Source: an uncultured delta proteobacterium
GTDB lineage: Bacteria; Desulfobacterota; Binatia; UBA9968
DNA length: 64,000 nucleotides
Direction of reading: 5' to 3'
NCBI GenBank assembly: GCA_963745035.1
Contig: CAVUVW010000014.1
Coordinates: 384,001-448,000 of the forward strand
In this document: positions 1 to 10,542 of the stretch, piece by piece
Position numbering within the stretch: position 1 is the first letter of the stretch
How the letters are laid out: every line of letters starts with the position of its first letter
Made by a program: the position numbers and the translations under genes
Notes under the pieces: generated by a model
Database searches by the model: none
Seen by the model: the letters and a program-made list of their open reading frames with translations, nothing else
What the model was told of the DNA's origin: nothing

Positions 1-88
1 AGGAAATCTCATTATGAAACGCTCCGAAACTCCGCGCACTCCGCGCCTCCGCGGTCGATCGTATTTAGCTCAATCGTTGGCCGCATCA

Positions 89-583
89 TCATTTATTTTT
101 GAAAGACTCAGGATCGAATGGCGCGCCATTCAAGCGGTACTCGCTTTTCACTTCGGTCGGTTGGCGAATGGTCTGGATCACGTAACATCCCGCTTCGGCG
201 TTGCGCACCACCTTGGCGATCTTCTCCGGCGGCTCGCTTGAAGCGATCTCGCAGCGGGTCTCCACGCCCAGTCCCTGCGCCTGCACGGTTTCCCGCAATA
301 CCGAGCCTTCGTTCTTGAAGCGGGCCGTCACAAAAATCTTCGCCTTATCGATGTGGGTTTTGAGCATTTCCCCGTACCGGGAAATTTGCGTGAGCAGTCA
401 AAACCCGACCGATAGCCCGAAGTACGCGAGCGGCGGCGGCGCGGTGTTGTCGCCACCGATACGCTCCCCCTCGTCACAATAAACCGTGAAACCGCGCGCG
501 TGCCCTTCCTTGCGCATCCGTTCCAGGGTCTCGGCGTCGGCTTCCAAAACAATTTCGCGCTTGATCTCCAAGTCATCCGCCAT
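89..583 (-). CDS. OsmC-like peroxiredoxin, probable selenoprotein (in-frame UGA at 398-400)
   Basis: ORFs 398..583 and 89..367 are in the same frame, separated only by TGA. Read-through gives DEGERIGGDNTAPPPLAYFGLSVGF-U-LLTQ...AEAGCYV, and the UGA sits at the conserved first Cys position of the OsmC/Ohr family. Confidence 0.8.
361..397 (-). promoter_or_regulatory. Putative bacterial SECIS hairpin
   Basis: The mRNA 3' of the UGA reads CUGCUCACGCAAAUUUCCCG-GUA-CGGGGAAAUGC. This forms a stem with a G-initiated apical loop about 20 nt after the UGA. Confidence 0.6.
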
Positions 584-649
584 AAATTGCTCCTAGTTGT
601 GGGCCGCCGCTGCTATCAATATAAGAATAATCCCGTGCCCTTGCCAACC

Positions 650-1735
650 TCAGTCGAGTGAAATTTTGTTATCTTGCTCAGGCTGTCGATACTCCTCCGA
701 ATAGAGATCCAGCAAGGCTCTGAGCAAGGCGAAGATCACCGGACCGAGGACGATGCCGACCGCTCCGAACAGCGCCAGGCCGCCGAGGATGCCGAAGAAA
801 AGGAAGAGCACCGGCAATCCGAGCCGGTTGCCGATGATCAACGGCTTGAGGACGTTATCCACCGTGCCGACGATTCCGAGCGACCACGCCAGCAGCAGGA
901 AGGCCCTGAGGGTTTCGCCCTGGAGAAACAAATAAATCGTCGCCGGGATCGAAACCAAGGTCGAGCCGCCCACCGGCAGGAGCGCGACGAATCCCGTGAC
1001 CACGCCCCACAATACGGCGAACGGCACGCCCAAAAAATAATAGGCGAAGCCAGCGAGAAGCCCCTGGACCATCCCGACCACTAGCGAGCCATGCACGACG
1101 GCCAAGACCGCATCGACGATATTCTTGAACAAGCGTTGTTGATGTTCCCGATCCATCGGCACCAGCCGCTGCAGCTTGGAAAAAAATTCCTTGCCGTCGC
1201 GCAGCAGAAAAAACAACGTGATCAGCGTAATGATGACGTTGACGGTAAAAAGCAATACATTTTGGGCGATACCGGTGGCGCGCTCGACCAGGACCTTGGA
1301 AGACGATTGCGCTCCCTGGGCGAGCAACTCTTTCCAGTTGATGTTGAAGTCCATCAAACGGAACGAGACCAGGTTCCACCAACCCACGAGCTGCTGCACC
1401 CAGGGCTTGGCCAGCCACTCTTGCTTGCCGTCTTCTTCCAGCAGGGAGCGAAACGATTGAACCAACAGAACCGCCTCTTCGGTCAAAAACTTGCCGAGCT
1501 CGATCCCCGGCGCAATGATGATCAGGGCGATGGCGGCGATCACCGTGATCGCCGCGAGCGTCGTCCGCCCGCGAAAACGCTGCAGCAGCCAAATGTAGAA
1601 GGGATACACCAGGATGGCGAGGATCGCCGCCCAGGTGATCGCGGTCAAAAACGGCGTCAAGACCAAGAACGCGCCGTAGAGAATCAGGCTAAATAGCGCG
1701 AAAAAAAAAGCCGTCACGAGCCAAGTTTGGTTCAC
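650..1735 (-). CDS. AI-2E family (UPF0118) transporter
   Basis: 361 aa polytopic membrane protein with LFFLLRDG, ALLPVGG, DNVLKPLIIG and GIVLGPVI motifs. Confidence 0.9.
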   Translation of the reverse strand: MNQTWLVTAFFFALFSLILYGAFLVLTPFLTAITWAAILAILVYPFYIWLLQRFRGRTTLAAITVIAAIALIIIAPGIELGKFLTEEAVLLVQSFRSLLEEDGKQEWLAKPWVQQLVGWWNLVSFRLMDFNINWKELLAQGAQSSSKVLVERATGIAQNVLLFTVNVIITLITLFFLLRDGKEFFSKLQRLVPMDREHQQRLFKNIVDAVLAVVHGSLVVGMVQGLLAGFAYYFLGVPFAVLWGVVTGFVALLPVGGSTLVSIPATIYLFLQGETLRAFLLLAWSLGIVGTVDNVLKPLIIGNRLGLPVLFLFFGILGGLALFGAVGIVLGPVIFALLRALLDLYSEEYRQPEQDNKISLD

Positions 1736-2087
1736 CGATCGTTCTCCATTTGCGATAGCTCCAAAACTCTACGCATAAGCTACCCGACCTTCAAGCGCTC
1801 GGCTCATTGGACTGGTTTTGAAGCGCAGCAAGCTTGCTACAGGGATATATCAAAACGACTACGCTCGCCTCGACTCGGCAGGCGCTGCGCTCCCCGCCCG
1901 CGAAAATAGCCCTGTAGGTCAAGAGCTTGCCACGGAAAGAATTGATCTGGCGCTTGGTACGCCACTTGCGCTATGAACCGTGGTCGAACCGGATACATCG
2001 CTTGCCGGACCGTTCGCCTCGATCAACGTCCAAAACTCTGGCTGCCTAATCCCCATGCAGTCCTGCCGGAAGGCTACGCAAAATTTT

Positions 2088-3059
2088 ATGACGAGACAAA
2101 TTTTTCTGTTGCTGGCTTCTTTGTTTGTGCTGGCGCCTCGGTTGGCTATCGGGCAGGCGACAAAACCGCACCGCGTCGGAGTGATTCATCCCGGCGGCTC
2201 ACAGTACGAGACCCTCGACGGTTTGCGCCAGGGGCTCAAGGAACTCGGCTTAGAGGAAGGTCGACAAATTGTCCTGGATATTCGCGATCTCAAGGGCGAT
2301 GCGTCCGCCGCGGACAAGGAAGCCGCCTCGTTGGAGAAGGAAAATGTCAGCTTGATCTACGCGTTGACGACAACGGTGATCAGCAAGGCGAAGGCGGCGA
2401 CCAGCAAAGTCCCCATTGTATTCGCCATCGGCAGCGATCCGGTTACCGGCGGATTGGTGGACAGCTTCGCCAGGCCCGGCGGCCGGCTGACCGGCGTTCA
2501 TTATCTGGTGCGCGATCTTACGGGTAAACGGCTCGAGATCTTGAAAGAGATCTTGCCCAAGATCAACCGTGTCCTCACCTTCTACGATCCCACCAGTCGC
2601 GTCGCCATTGAGGGGGCAAGCTTGGCGCGCGAAGACGCCAAGCGGCTCGGCATCAAGCTTATCGAACGGCATGTCCGCTCCGTTGAGGAAGTGAAAGCCG
2701 AGATCCAAAAGCTCAAGACTGGCGACGCCGATGCGTTTCTTTTCTCGCCAGACCCAATGGTCGGCAGCCAATCGCAGCTCATCATCGATGTCGCAAAAGC
2801 GAAAAAGCTCCCCACAATGTTTCAAGAGCAAGGCATGGTCGGAAAAGGAGCGCTCGCTGCTTACGGGCAGAATTATCAGGAGATCGGCTGGGTCTCGGCC
2901 AAGTACGTGCAGCAGATTCTCAACGGCGCCAATCCGAGAGACATGAAAATCGAAACCGTGGACAGCGTCGAGCTGGCGATCAATCTACAGACCGCCAAGC
3001 AACTCGGCGTGGCGATTCCACCGCAGGTCCTGGCGCGGGCGAAGAAAGTGATCCGGTGA
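2088..3059 (+). CDS. ABC_sub_bind (PF04392) substrate-binding protein, array copy 1
   Basis: Signal peptide MTRQIFLLLASLFVLAP, plus DPV..GLVDSFARPGGRLTG, GKRLEILKE and the tail INLQTAKQLGVAIPPQVLARAKKVIR. Confidence 0.9.
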   Translation: MTRQIFLLLASLFVLAPRLAIGQATKPHRVGVIHPGGSQYETLDGLRQGLKELGLEEGRQIVLDIRDLKGDASAADKEAASLEKENVSLIYALTTTVISKAKAATSKVPIVFAIGSDPVTGGLVDSFARPGGRLTGVHYLVRDLTGKRLEILKEILPKINRVLTFYDPTSRVAIEGASLAREDAKRLGIKLIERHVRSVEEVKAEIQKLKTGDADAFLFSPDPMVGSQSQLIIDVAKAKKLPTMFQEQGMVGKGALAAYGQNYQEIGWVSAKYVQQILNGANPRDMKIETVDSVELAINLQTAKQLGVAIPPQVLARAKKVIR

Positions 3060-4063
3060 TGCGATTTTGGATTAGCGGATCGAGGGCGCGACCGCTAATG
3101 GTCACCCTTTGCGCGTTGCTCCTTCTTTTCTCGGTCCGACTCCAGGCGCAGCAAACCGGCAAAGTTTATCAGCTCGGTTTTCTCTCGCCGGCAACCCCAC
3201 AACCGTCGATCCCTTCCGCTTTAAATCTGGTGCCGAAGCTGCTGCAGGATTCTGGTTACATAGAGGGCCGAAACCTGGAGGTTCATCGGCGCTTCGCGGA
3301 AGGCAAACTCGAGCGGCTCCCGCAACTGGCCAAGGAGTTGGTCGATTTGCGAATGGATGTGATCGTTGCCGTCAGCCCTACCGCCATCAAGCCGGCACAA
3401 GACGCGACGAAGTCCATTCCGATCGTCATGGGCTTCGGCAAAGACCCGGTCAGGGACGGCTTCATCGCCAGCTTCGCCAAGCCCGGCGGCAATATCACCG
3501 GCGTCGTTGTGGCGCCCGAGGATGTGCTTTCCGGCAAGAGATTGGAACTACTCACGGAAGCGGTTCCCCGCGCCAGAACCATCGCTGTGCTCGCGACCGG
3601 AGAAGCCAGCTCTAAGCTGCAAATCGCGGAAGTGCAAAAAATTGCGCCGCAGCTCGAAGTAAAACTGGTCATCGTCGAGCTGCAGAAAACGGATTACGAA
3701 CATGCCTTCGCAACCCTCGCGGCCGCGAAAGCCAATGCGCTTTTTGTTCTAGCCAGTCCTATCCTCAACGCCGGCCGCGACAAGATCATACAACTCGCCG
3801 CCAAGCATAGCCTCCCGACAATCTACGAATGGCCCGAGCAAGCCGAAGTAGGTGGCATGATGGCCTACGGCAGTAGCCTGGCGGGATTATCCGGGCGCGT
3901 CGCGTGGTATGTCGAGCGAATCTTCAAAGGCGCCAAGCCCACCGATTTGCCCGTCGAGCAACCGACCAAGTTCGAGCTGGTGATCAATCTCAAAACCGCC
4001 AAACAAATCGGCCTTACCATTCCCCCGAATGTGCTGGCGCGGGCCGATCGGGTAATTCGGTGA
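3056..4063 (+). CDS. ABC_sub_bind SBP, array copy 2
   Basis: Signal peptide, ASFAKPGGNITG and the conserved tail [41 protein letters not shown] overlap with copy 1. Confidence 0.9.
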   Translation: MMRFWISGSRARPLMVTLCALLLLFSVRLQAQQTGKVYQLGFLSPATPQPSIPSALNLVPKLLQDSGYIEGRNLEVHRRFAEGKLERLPQLAKELVDLRMDVIVAVSPTAIKPAQDATKSIPIVMGFGKDPVRDGFIASFAKPGGNITGVVVAPEDVLSGKRLELLTEAVPRARTIAVLATGEASSKLQIAEVQKIAPQLEVKLVIVELQKTDYEHAFATLAAAKANALFVLASPILNAGRDKIIQLAAKHSLPTIYEWPEQAEVGGMMAYGSSLAGLSGRVAWYVERIFKGAKPTDLPVEQPTKFELVINLKTAKQIGLTIPPNVLARADRVIR

Positions 4064-4144
4064 TCTGGCAACGATACAAAATGCGAATGGATCGATTCGT
4101 TCGATACAGAGAATGCAAGTGAAGGTTGGCGCGCCTATCGCGCG

Positions 4145-4495
4145 CTAGCCGACAAACCCGTCGACGGGAACCAATCGCTTGGCGACAGGATCGACGGCGA
4201 GGAAAAGACTTTCGAGAGCCACGGCGCCGAGCAGCGCCGGACCGTCGGGTGCGATGAAGCATGGAGTCGTAACTTCAACACCGTTCAGAGACAAACGCGC
4301 TTCGGCCACCGGCCAGACATCTCGCTGCCCGCCTGCGATTACGACTCTCTGAGAACGGACAGCTTTCAGTTCAAGCCTTTCCGCAAGCGATCGGGGTACC
4401 ACACTAAGCGTGGCGCCAGTGTCCACCAGAAGCTCTATGTCTTCAGCACGACCTGTTGGACCGGTGAGATAAGCCTTTACGTGAAATAGTCCCAT
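4145..4495 (-). CDS. Retropepsin-like (clan AA) aspartyl protease
   Basis: 116 aa with the LVDTGAT catalytic motif and C-terminal LLGAVALE. Confidence 0.85.
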   Translation of the reverse strand: MGLFHVKAYLTGPTGRAEDIELLVDTGATLSVVPRSLAERLELKAVRSQRVVIAGGQRDVWPVAEARLSLNGVEVTTPCFIAPDGPALLGAVALESLFLAVDPVAKRLVPVDGFVG

Positions 4496-4646
4496 ATGAG
4501 GGCCCTCAGAAAATTACGGCCATTCTAACGCAGCCGGCAAACAACGCAATATCACTGTGCGCTAGCATGCGGCACACTGTTGGCGCGTTTGGATCAGTAG
4601 TCAAACGACAGCGAGCAGAGCACATTGACAGGCTAAGGAGTCGGTC

Positions 4647-5618
4647 ATGAGAAAACCATTTGTCAGTTTCCTGCTGTGCTCGGCGCTCCTGGCGTCCTGC
4701 CTGCCAGCTTACGCTCAAAAAATTCCCCGCGTCGGTATTCTTCGGGCCGGTACGCCGCTTCCGGCTGGCGAACCGGATGCAGTCTTACAGGCGCTCCGCA
4801 GCCTGGGTTATGTTGAAACGAAGAATATTATCGTGGACATCCGCTATGCCGAGGGTAATCGGAATCGTCTACGTGAATTGGCGATTGAGCTAGTCCAATC
4901 GAAAGTGGACGCGATCTACACTGGCTCCAGTCCAGCCATCTTCGCTCTCAAGCAGGCGACCCAGAGTATTCCCATCATTATCGTTAGCTCTACCGATCCG
5001 GTTCGGTCAGGTATCGTCGCCAGTCTCGCCAACCCCGGCGGCAATATCACAGGCATGTCCCTGATTTCCGCCGACCTGTGGCCTAAACGCCTGGAGATGA
5101 TCAAGGAGATTTTGCCGAAGGCTTCACGCGTGGCCATTTTTTGGAACAAGAGCAACACCGGCATGGCGATCGAAGCCAAAGCGACGCAAGACGCGGCCGT
5201 TCCCATGGGCATAACGTTGCAAGATCGCGGGGTGAAAGATGCGAGCGAGATGGAGGTGGTTTTCGATGCGATGAGCAAAGAGCGCCCGGATGCGTTCCTC
5301 GCCCTCATGGATATCACCCTTGGCGCTCACCGGAAACGCATTTTAGATTTCCTGGCGAAGGATCGAGTTCCGGCCATTTTTGAAAGTAAGGACTGGGTGC
5401 AAGCGGGCGGGCTTATATCCTACGGGCCGGACGGCGCCGATGTCACGCGTCGGGCCGTCATTCAATTGGACAAGATTCTCAAAGGCGCCAGGCCTTCCGA
5501 CATACCCGTCGAACAGCCGACCAAATTCGAGATGGTGATCAACCTCAAGACCGCGCAGCAAATCGGCCTGACGATTCCGCCGAACGTGTTAGCGAGAGCA
5601 GATCGCGTCATCCGGTGA
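4647..5618 (+). CDS. ABC_sub_bind SBP, array copy 3
   Basis: AAGGAG RBS, signal peptide, ASLANPGGNITG and conserved tail. Confidence 0.9.
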   Translation: MRKPFVSFLLCSALLASCLPAYAQKIPRVGILRAGTPLPAGEPDAVLQALRSLGYVETKNIIVDIRYAEGNRNRLRELAIELVQSKVDAIYTGSSPAIFALKQATQSIPIIIVSSTDPVRSGIVASLANPGGNITGMSLISADLWPKRLEMIKEILPKASRVAIFWNKSNTGMAIEAKATQDAAVPMGITLQDRGVKDASEMEVVFDAMSKERPDAFLALMDITLGAHRKRILDFLAKDRVPAIFESKDWVQAGGLISYGPDGADVTRRAVIQLDKILKGARPSDIPVEQPTKFEMVINLKTAQQIGLTIPPNVLARADRVIR

Positions 5619-6671
5619 CAGAAGTTACAGGTCCGCAGTCAGAAATCACACGTCCGGCGGAGCGAAGGGAAAATGACGCTGAGTGTTCCCACGAGACAAG
5701 CTAGGTGATCAAGCGAACGAATTGTGCGGACGGTCACTTCGCGGAGGCAAGCATGAATAAATGCATTCTTGTCATCGTTGCGGCGCTTCTAAGTTCCGCG
5801 CACATGGCCTTGGCGCAAAGCCTCGGCAAAATTCCGCGTATCGGCTTTCTCGCCCTGGAAAATCGGCCGTCCGGCCAGGTCGAAGCCTTTCGTCAGGGAC
5901 TTCGCGATCTGGGCTACATAGAGGGACGGACTATCAAAATCGAGTACCGGGCGCATGAGGACCGCGCACAGCTTGGCGCGCTCGCCAGTGAGCTGGTCCG
6001 GGAAAAAGTTGATGTTATCGTCACGCGTGGCGCCGCAAGCCGAGCCGCCCAGACGGTGAAAACGGTGCCGGTTGTGTTCGGTTTCAGTGGCGATCCGGTC
6101 GAAGCGGGGCTCGTGAAGAGCCTGGCGCGACCGGAAGCAAACATGACCGGTATCACTATGTTGGCTTTCGAGTTGGTCGGGAAACGCCTGGAGGTTTTAA
6201 AAGAAAGCGTCCCGAAAGTTTCTCGCGTTGCCGTGCTTTCCAGTCCAGCCCACCCAGGCGAGCAGCGCGAGCTGGCTGAAACTCAGAAGACCGCGCGAAA
6301 TCTCGGCATTATACTTCTCTACCATCAGCTTAATAGCGGGGCTGACGTTAACGCGGCGATTGACGCAACCATTAAGGACAACGCACACGCGCTCCTTGCG
6401 TTTCCGGACCCGGTAACGAACGCGCATCGCGGGCAGATCATGGATTTTGCGATCAAGCATCGACTTCCGAGCGTCTTCGGAACGGGCGAGTTTGTCGAGG
6501 CGGGAGGTCTTATGTCCTATGGCCCAGACCATAATGCATTATGGAGACGGCTCGCCGTGTACGTGGACAAGATCCTCAAGGGCGCCAAACCCGCGGATCT
6601 CCCCGTCGAACAGCCGACGAAGTTCGAGCTGGTGATCAATCTCAAAACCGCGAAGCAGATCGGATTAGCTA

Positions 6672-8141
6672 GTTCTCACTGAAAAAGTAGGGTTGAGACT
6701 GGATTGGAGATCATCAGCGACTGAATCGGTTTTTCAAATGGGAACAATCTTTAGAGTTGATCATCACTCAGGTTCTTTGCCACAGGTTGTAAGAGAAGAT
6801 CGCCCATCCTGTCCAGATAGCCGTTCCTGCAGAGCCCTTGGCCAGCACTCGACCCAAGCCGAACTTGCGTTTCAGCATACTGATGGAGGCTTCTATGCCG
6901 CAGCGAAACCGTTGCAATTGTCTGAACCACTTCTTTCTTTGATGAGTCTTTTCACGGCTGCTCAAGCGGCCCACTTTCGGGATGCCGATTTTCTCAATCC
7001 CGGCCTGGCTGAGTTTCAGCACGTTATCGCAACTGTAGTAACCTCGATCCGCGGCCAGTTCCTTAGGTTTTATCCCCACAGCGGTTTTTGCCTGTCGCAG
7101 TACCGAAAGCAGTTCGGTCCTGTCGCTGGGGTTGCCCCTGTGAACCTCGTAGTGAACGATGACTCCACAACTGTCCTGCACCAACTGCAGCGTGCGCCCA
7201 AACTCCACCGCCTTATTAAGTTTCCCTTTGCGAATCGGCCGCACCTCAGGGTCGTGGAAGGAAACGATCCGCTGCGGGATCGATTTTTGTCCCTCAAGCT
7301 TTTGCTCGGTCTGGCTCAGAATAGTTTGGGCCCGCTCGATTTGCTCCAAAAACTTCCCCTTGAGCTTAGCACACTGATCCGACACCGATGGAAACGCTTG
7401 GCGGCTCTGTCGAACGGTGTGTTGGCAAGCTTGGCCACTTTCTTGAGGATTTTTTTTCCCTTCCTTTGACGCTCTTTGGGCTTGCCCTTGGCCGACTGAC
7501 TCCAGCTAAAAAGCGCCCGCTTGGTGGCCCGCACGTGGCTGGTGATCTTTTGACCCAAAGAGCGCGCCGTACGGGTAAGCGTTTTGATCGCCTGGTGCAT
7601 CACTCCAACATCGTTGGGGTAGCTGATGTGAGCCTCCAGGGTGGTGGAGTCGATCCGAATCCGGCGCGGCTTAATCGATCGACTCTTGATCAACTGCTTG
7701 ACCAAATGCTTGTTGAGACCGCTGATCCGATCTTGGCCAAATCTTTGATTGAGCTTGATCAAAGTCGTAGCGTCGGGGACGGGATCCATCAGGGAAAGAT
7801 GGCAAAAATACCGCCACGGCAGCCTCTCTCGGACTTCCCGCTCCACTTCTTCGTAGCTCAAGCCCCAGCGAAATTTCAGGTACATCATCCGCAGATAGAT
7901 CCCCACCGCCGTGCCGGGACGGCCCAGACTCGGATCGAAAACCTCTTCAAAGGGTCTCAGCAACGGCGCATTGGACAAAAGCTCATCGACCTTTTTAAGC
8001 TCTTCATCCAATTCGTAGAGCGAGGCATCGATAAAACCATCGCCAAAACTCATTTGCTGAGATATGGGTCTGCGCATGATTTACTCTTTACACGATACTA
8101 CTGCTCAGACCCAAGAAAATTTGTACTTTTTCAGTGAGAAC
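6672..8141 (-). mobile_element. Insertion sequence (IS5/ISNCY-like DDE), 1470 bp
   Basis: Perfect 18-bp terminal inverted repeats GTTCTCACTGAAAAAGTA (6672-6689) and TACTTTTTCAGTGAGAAC (8124-8141), with 6-bp target duplication TAGCTA (6666-6671 and 8142-8147). Confidence 0.92.
6768..8077 (-). CDS. DDE transposase, split by one frameshift near 7385
   Basis: N-half has GRP, LSYEEV, VPDATTL and RIDST. C-half has RIVSFHDPEVRPIRKGK, ADRGY and RCGIEASISMLKRKFGL. Confidence 0.88.
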
Positions 8142-8196
8142 TAGCTATTCCGCCGAATGTGTTGGCGAGGGCGGACAGGGTGATCAAGTAAATCTG

Positions 8197-9175
8197 ATGA
8201 AACGACTGGCTAGCTTGGTACTGGCCGTTCTTCTTTTTCCCTTCGGCTCAGTCGATGCGCAGCAGCCGAAGAAGGTCTCTCGCATAGGTTATCTATCGTC
8301 GGGCTCCACTTCCGGCAGCGTAGCCAGCCTCGAAGCTTTCCACCAAGGTTTACGAGAGTCCGGTTACGTCGAGCGAAAAAATATTATCATCGAGTACAGA
8401 TGGGCCGAGGGTAAACTTGACCGGCTTCCCGAACTTGCAACCGAACTGGTCAACCTTGGCGTGGATATCATCGTGACGGTGGGCACGCCGCCGGTTCTCG
8501 CTGCCAAGCGCGCGACCAACACGATCCCCATCATCGCCGCCAATGCAGATAATCTTGTCGAGTTGGGTGTTGTCGCAAGCCTCGCTCGACCCGGTGGAAA
8601 CGTCACGGGATCGACGAGAGTTGACGCGGATTTCAGCGCAAAGCGGCTGGAACTCCTAAAGGAAACTCTCCCCAAGCTCTCTCGTGTAGCTGTGCTTTCC
8701 CATGGAGCGCTCGGCGCAGATCAGGAGGAATTGAAAGAGATCCAGGCGGCAGCCCGACCTTTAGGAATTCAGATTCATTCCTTCACGACGCAAGAGCCTG
8801 GGCATTTCCTGGCCGCCTATGCTGAAATGCTCAAGCGACGTGCCGATGCTCTTATTGTTTTTACCAGCGCCTTCACCTCGTTCCATCGCAGTCACCTCGT
8901 AGAGCTTGCCGTCAAGAACCGGGCTGCCGACGATGTGTGGCGGAGCTAACTGGACCGACGTTGGTTGCGTCATGTCCTATGGGCCAAACGTACTAGAACT
9001 GTCCCGGCGCGCCGCCGTTTTTGTGGACAAGATTTTGAAAGGAACAAAGCCAGCCGACATTCCAGTCGAGCAGCCGACGAAGTTCGAGTTCATCATCAAC
9101 CTCAAAGCAGCCAAGCAGATCGGCCTGACGATTCCGCCGAACGTGCTAGCGCGGGCGGACAAAGTGATTCGGTGA
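8197..9175 (+). CDS. ABC_sub_bind SBP, array copy 5 (frameshift ~8920)
   Basis: ORFs 8134..8949 and 8906..9175 join into one full-length paralog. Confidence 0.85.
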
Positions 9176-10206
9176 TTCCATTTTGGATTTTAGATTTTGC
9201 ACTTTCGATTAGCGGAGCGAGAGCGCGACTTCCGTTGGTTTTGCTTTGCGCCTTGCTCGTTGCGTTTAGCGTGCCCGGCGAAGCTCAGCAATCATTGGGC
9301 AAACTCCCACGAATAGGATTCATCTCAGGGAGCGGCGATCCGTCCAATCCCGCCGTCTCAGAAAGAGCGTTTCGCCAAGCTCTGAGAGATCTCGCCTATG
9401 TCGAAGGCAGAAACCTGGTCCTTGACGTCCGCTATGCCGAGGGAGACCGAAATCGTATTCCAAGCATTGTGGCAGAACTGGTCCAGCTAAGAGTCGATGC
9501 GATCGTCACGGGCAATCTAACCGCCGTCCGCGCAGCCAAACATGCGACCCAGACGATTCCGATCGTAATGGTCACCAACGCCGATCCGGTTGCAACACAA
9601 CTCATCGACAGTCTGGCGCGTCCCGGCGGAAATATCACCGGCCTCACGAATCTCAGTCGAGACTTGAGCGCGAAGCGCCTCGAGCTGCTCAAAGAGATCG
9701 TCCCGAACCTTTCGCGTGTTGCCATTCTCTGGGACGATTCTAATGAAGGCTCTGTCATCGGCTTCAAGGAGTATGAAGCGGCTGCGCGTCCTTTGAAGCT
9801 GCACATTGAATCGCTGGCCGTGCGTGGTGCCGAGCCGGATATTGAGCTCGCGGTTGCATCCGTGAAAGGCCGAGCTAACGGCTTTATTCCCATCAGAAGC
9901 GCCGTAATCCTCCGCTATCCCGCCAGGATCGCTCGGCTCGCGTTGACTCACCGGCTGCCTTCGATTCACGACGGAAGTAACTACGTCGAGGCTGGCGGAT
10001 TGGCATCCTATTCATCGAATGATGCTGACCTTTTCAGACGAGCCGCCGTATTTGTAGATAGAATTCTAAAAGGCACAAAACCTTCCGACTTGCCGGTAGA
10101 ACAACCGACGAAGTTTGAGCTGGTGATCAATCTTAAAACCGCCAAGCAAATCGGCCTCACTATTCCGCCGAACGTGCTGGCCAGAGCGGATAGAGTCATC
10201 CGATGA
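9172..10206 (+). CDS. ABC_sub_bind SBP, array copy 6
   Basis: GTGA overlap with copy 5 (start uncertain), [12 protein letters not shown] and conserved tail. Confidence 0.88.
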   Translation: MIPFWILDFALSISGARARLPLVLLCALLVAFSVPGEAQQSLGKLPRIGFISGSGDPSNPAVSERAFRQALRDLAYVEGRNLVLDVRYAEGDRNRIPSIVAELVQLRVDAIVTGNLTAVRAAKHATQTIPIVMVTNADPVATQLIDSLARPGGNITGLTNLSRDLSAKRLELLKEIVPNLSRVAILWDDSNEGSVIGFKEYEAAARPLKLHIESLAVRGAEPDIELAVASVKGRANGFIPIRSAVILRYPARIARLALTHRLPSIHDGSNYVEAGGLASYSSNDADLFRRAAVFVDRILKGTKPSDLPVEQPTKFELVINLKTAKQIGLTIPPNVLARADRVIR

Positions 10207-10542
10207 CCGACAATCCAAACACAGCAATCCAAAATCGAAGATCTAAAATCGTCATGGTTCCGCCCAATGTTTTGGCTAGGACGAACTGAGTTATCGATCA
10301 TCCGAGCAATCGCTGAGCGCCGCTGAAATATCCAAGCGGAACCGGCGAAATTTGATGTTTATAGTATGCAAGCGCAGCGCGTCCAGTTGACCCGACTAAA
10401 TTGACACACGACAACTTTGATGTATATCGTCTGCCCGGTAATAGGATCCTTTACGCCGCTTCGACCAGGGCAAACGAGCTGAATCCAGAAGAGTTTGGCT
10501 GTGTTGCCGTAGCAAGGCAGCCGAGACCCTGAAGGAGGACCG

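Larger units (their letters stand above)
5753..8191 (+). pseudogene. ABC_sub_bind SBP, array copy 4, interrupted near its 3' end by an IS
   Basis: The ORF reads normally to ...KQIGLA at ~6670. The missing [14 protein letters not shown] is found after the IS at 8147-8191. Confidence 0.9.

Noticed and set aside
7316-7385. Programmed frameshift in the transposase
   Set aside because: No clear slippery site at the junction, and the background indel rate is high.
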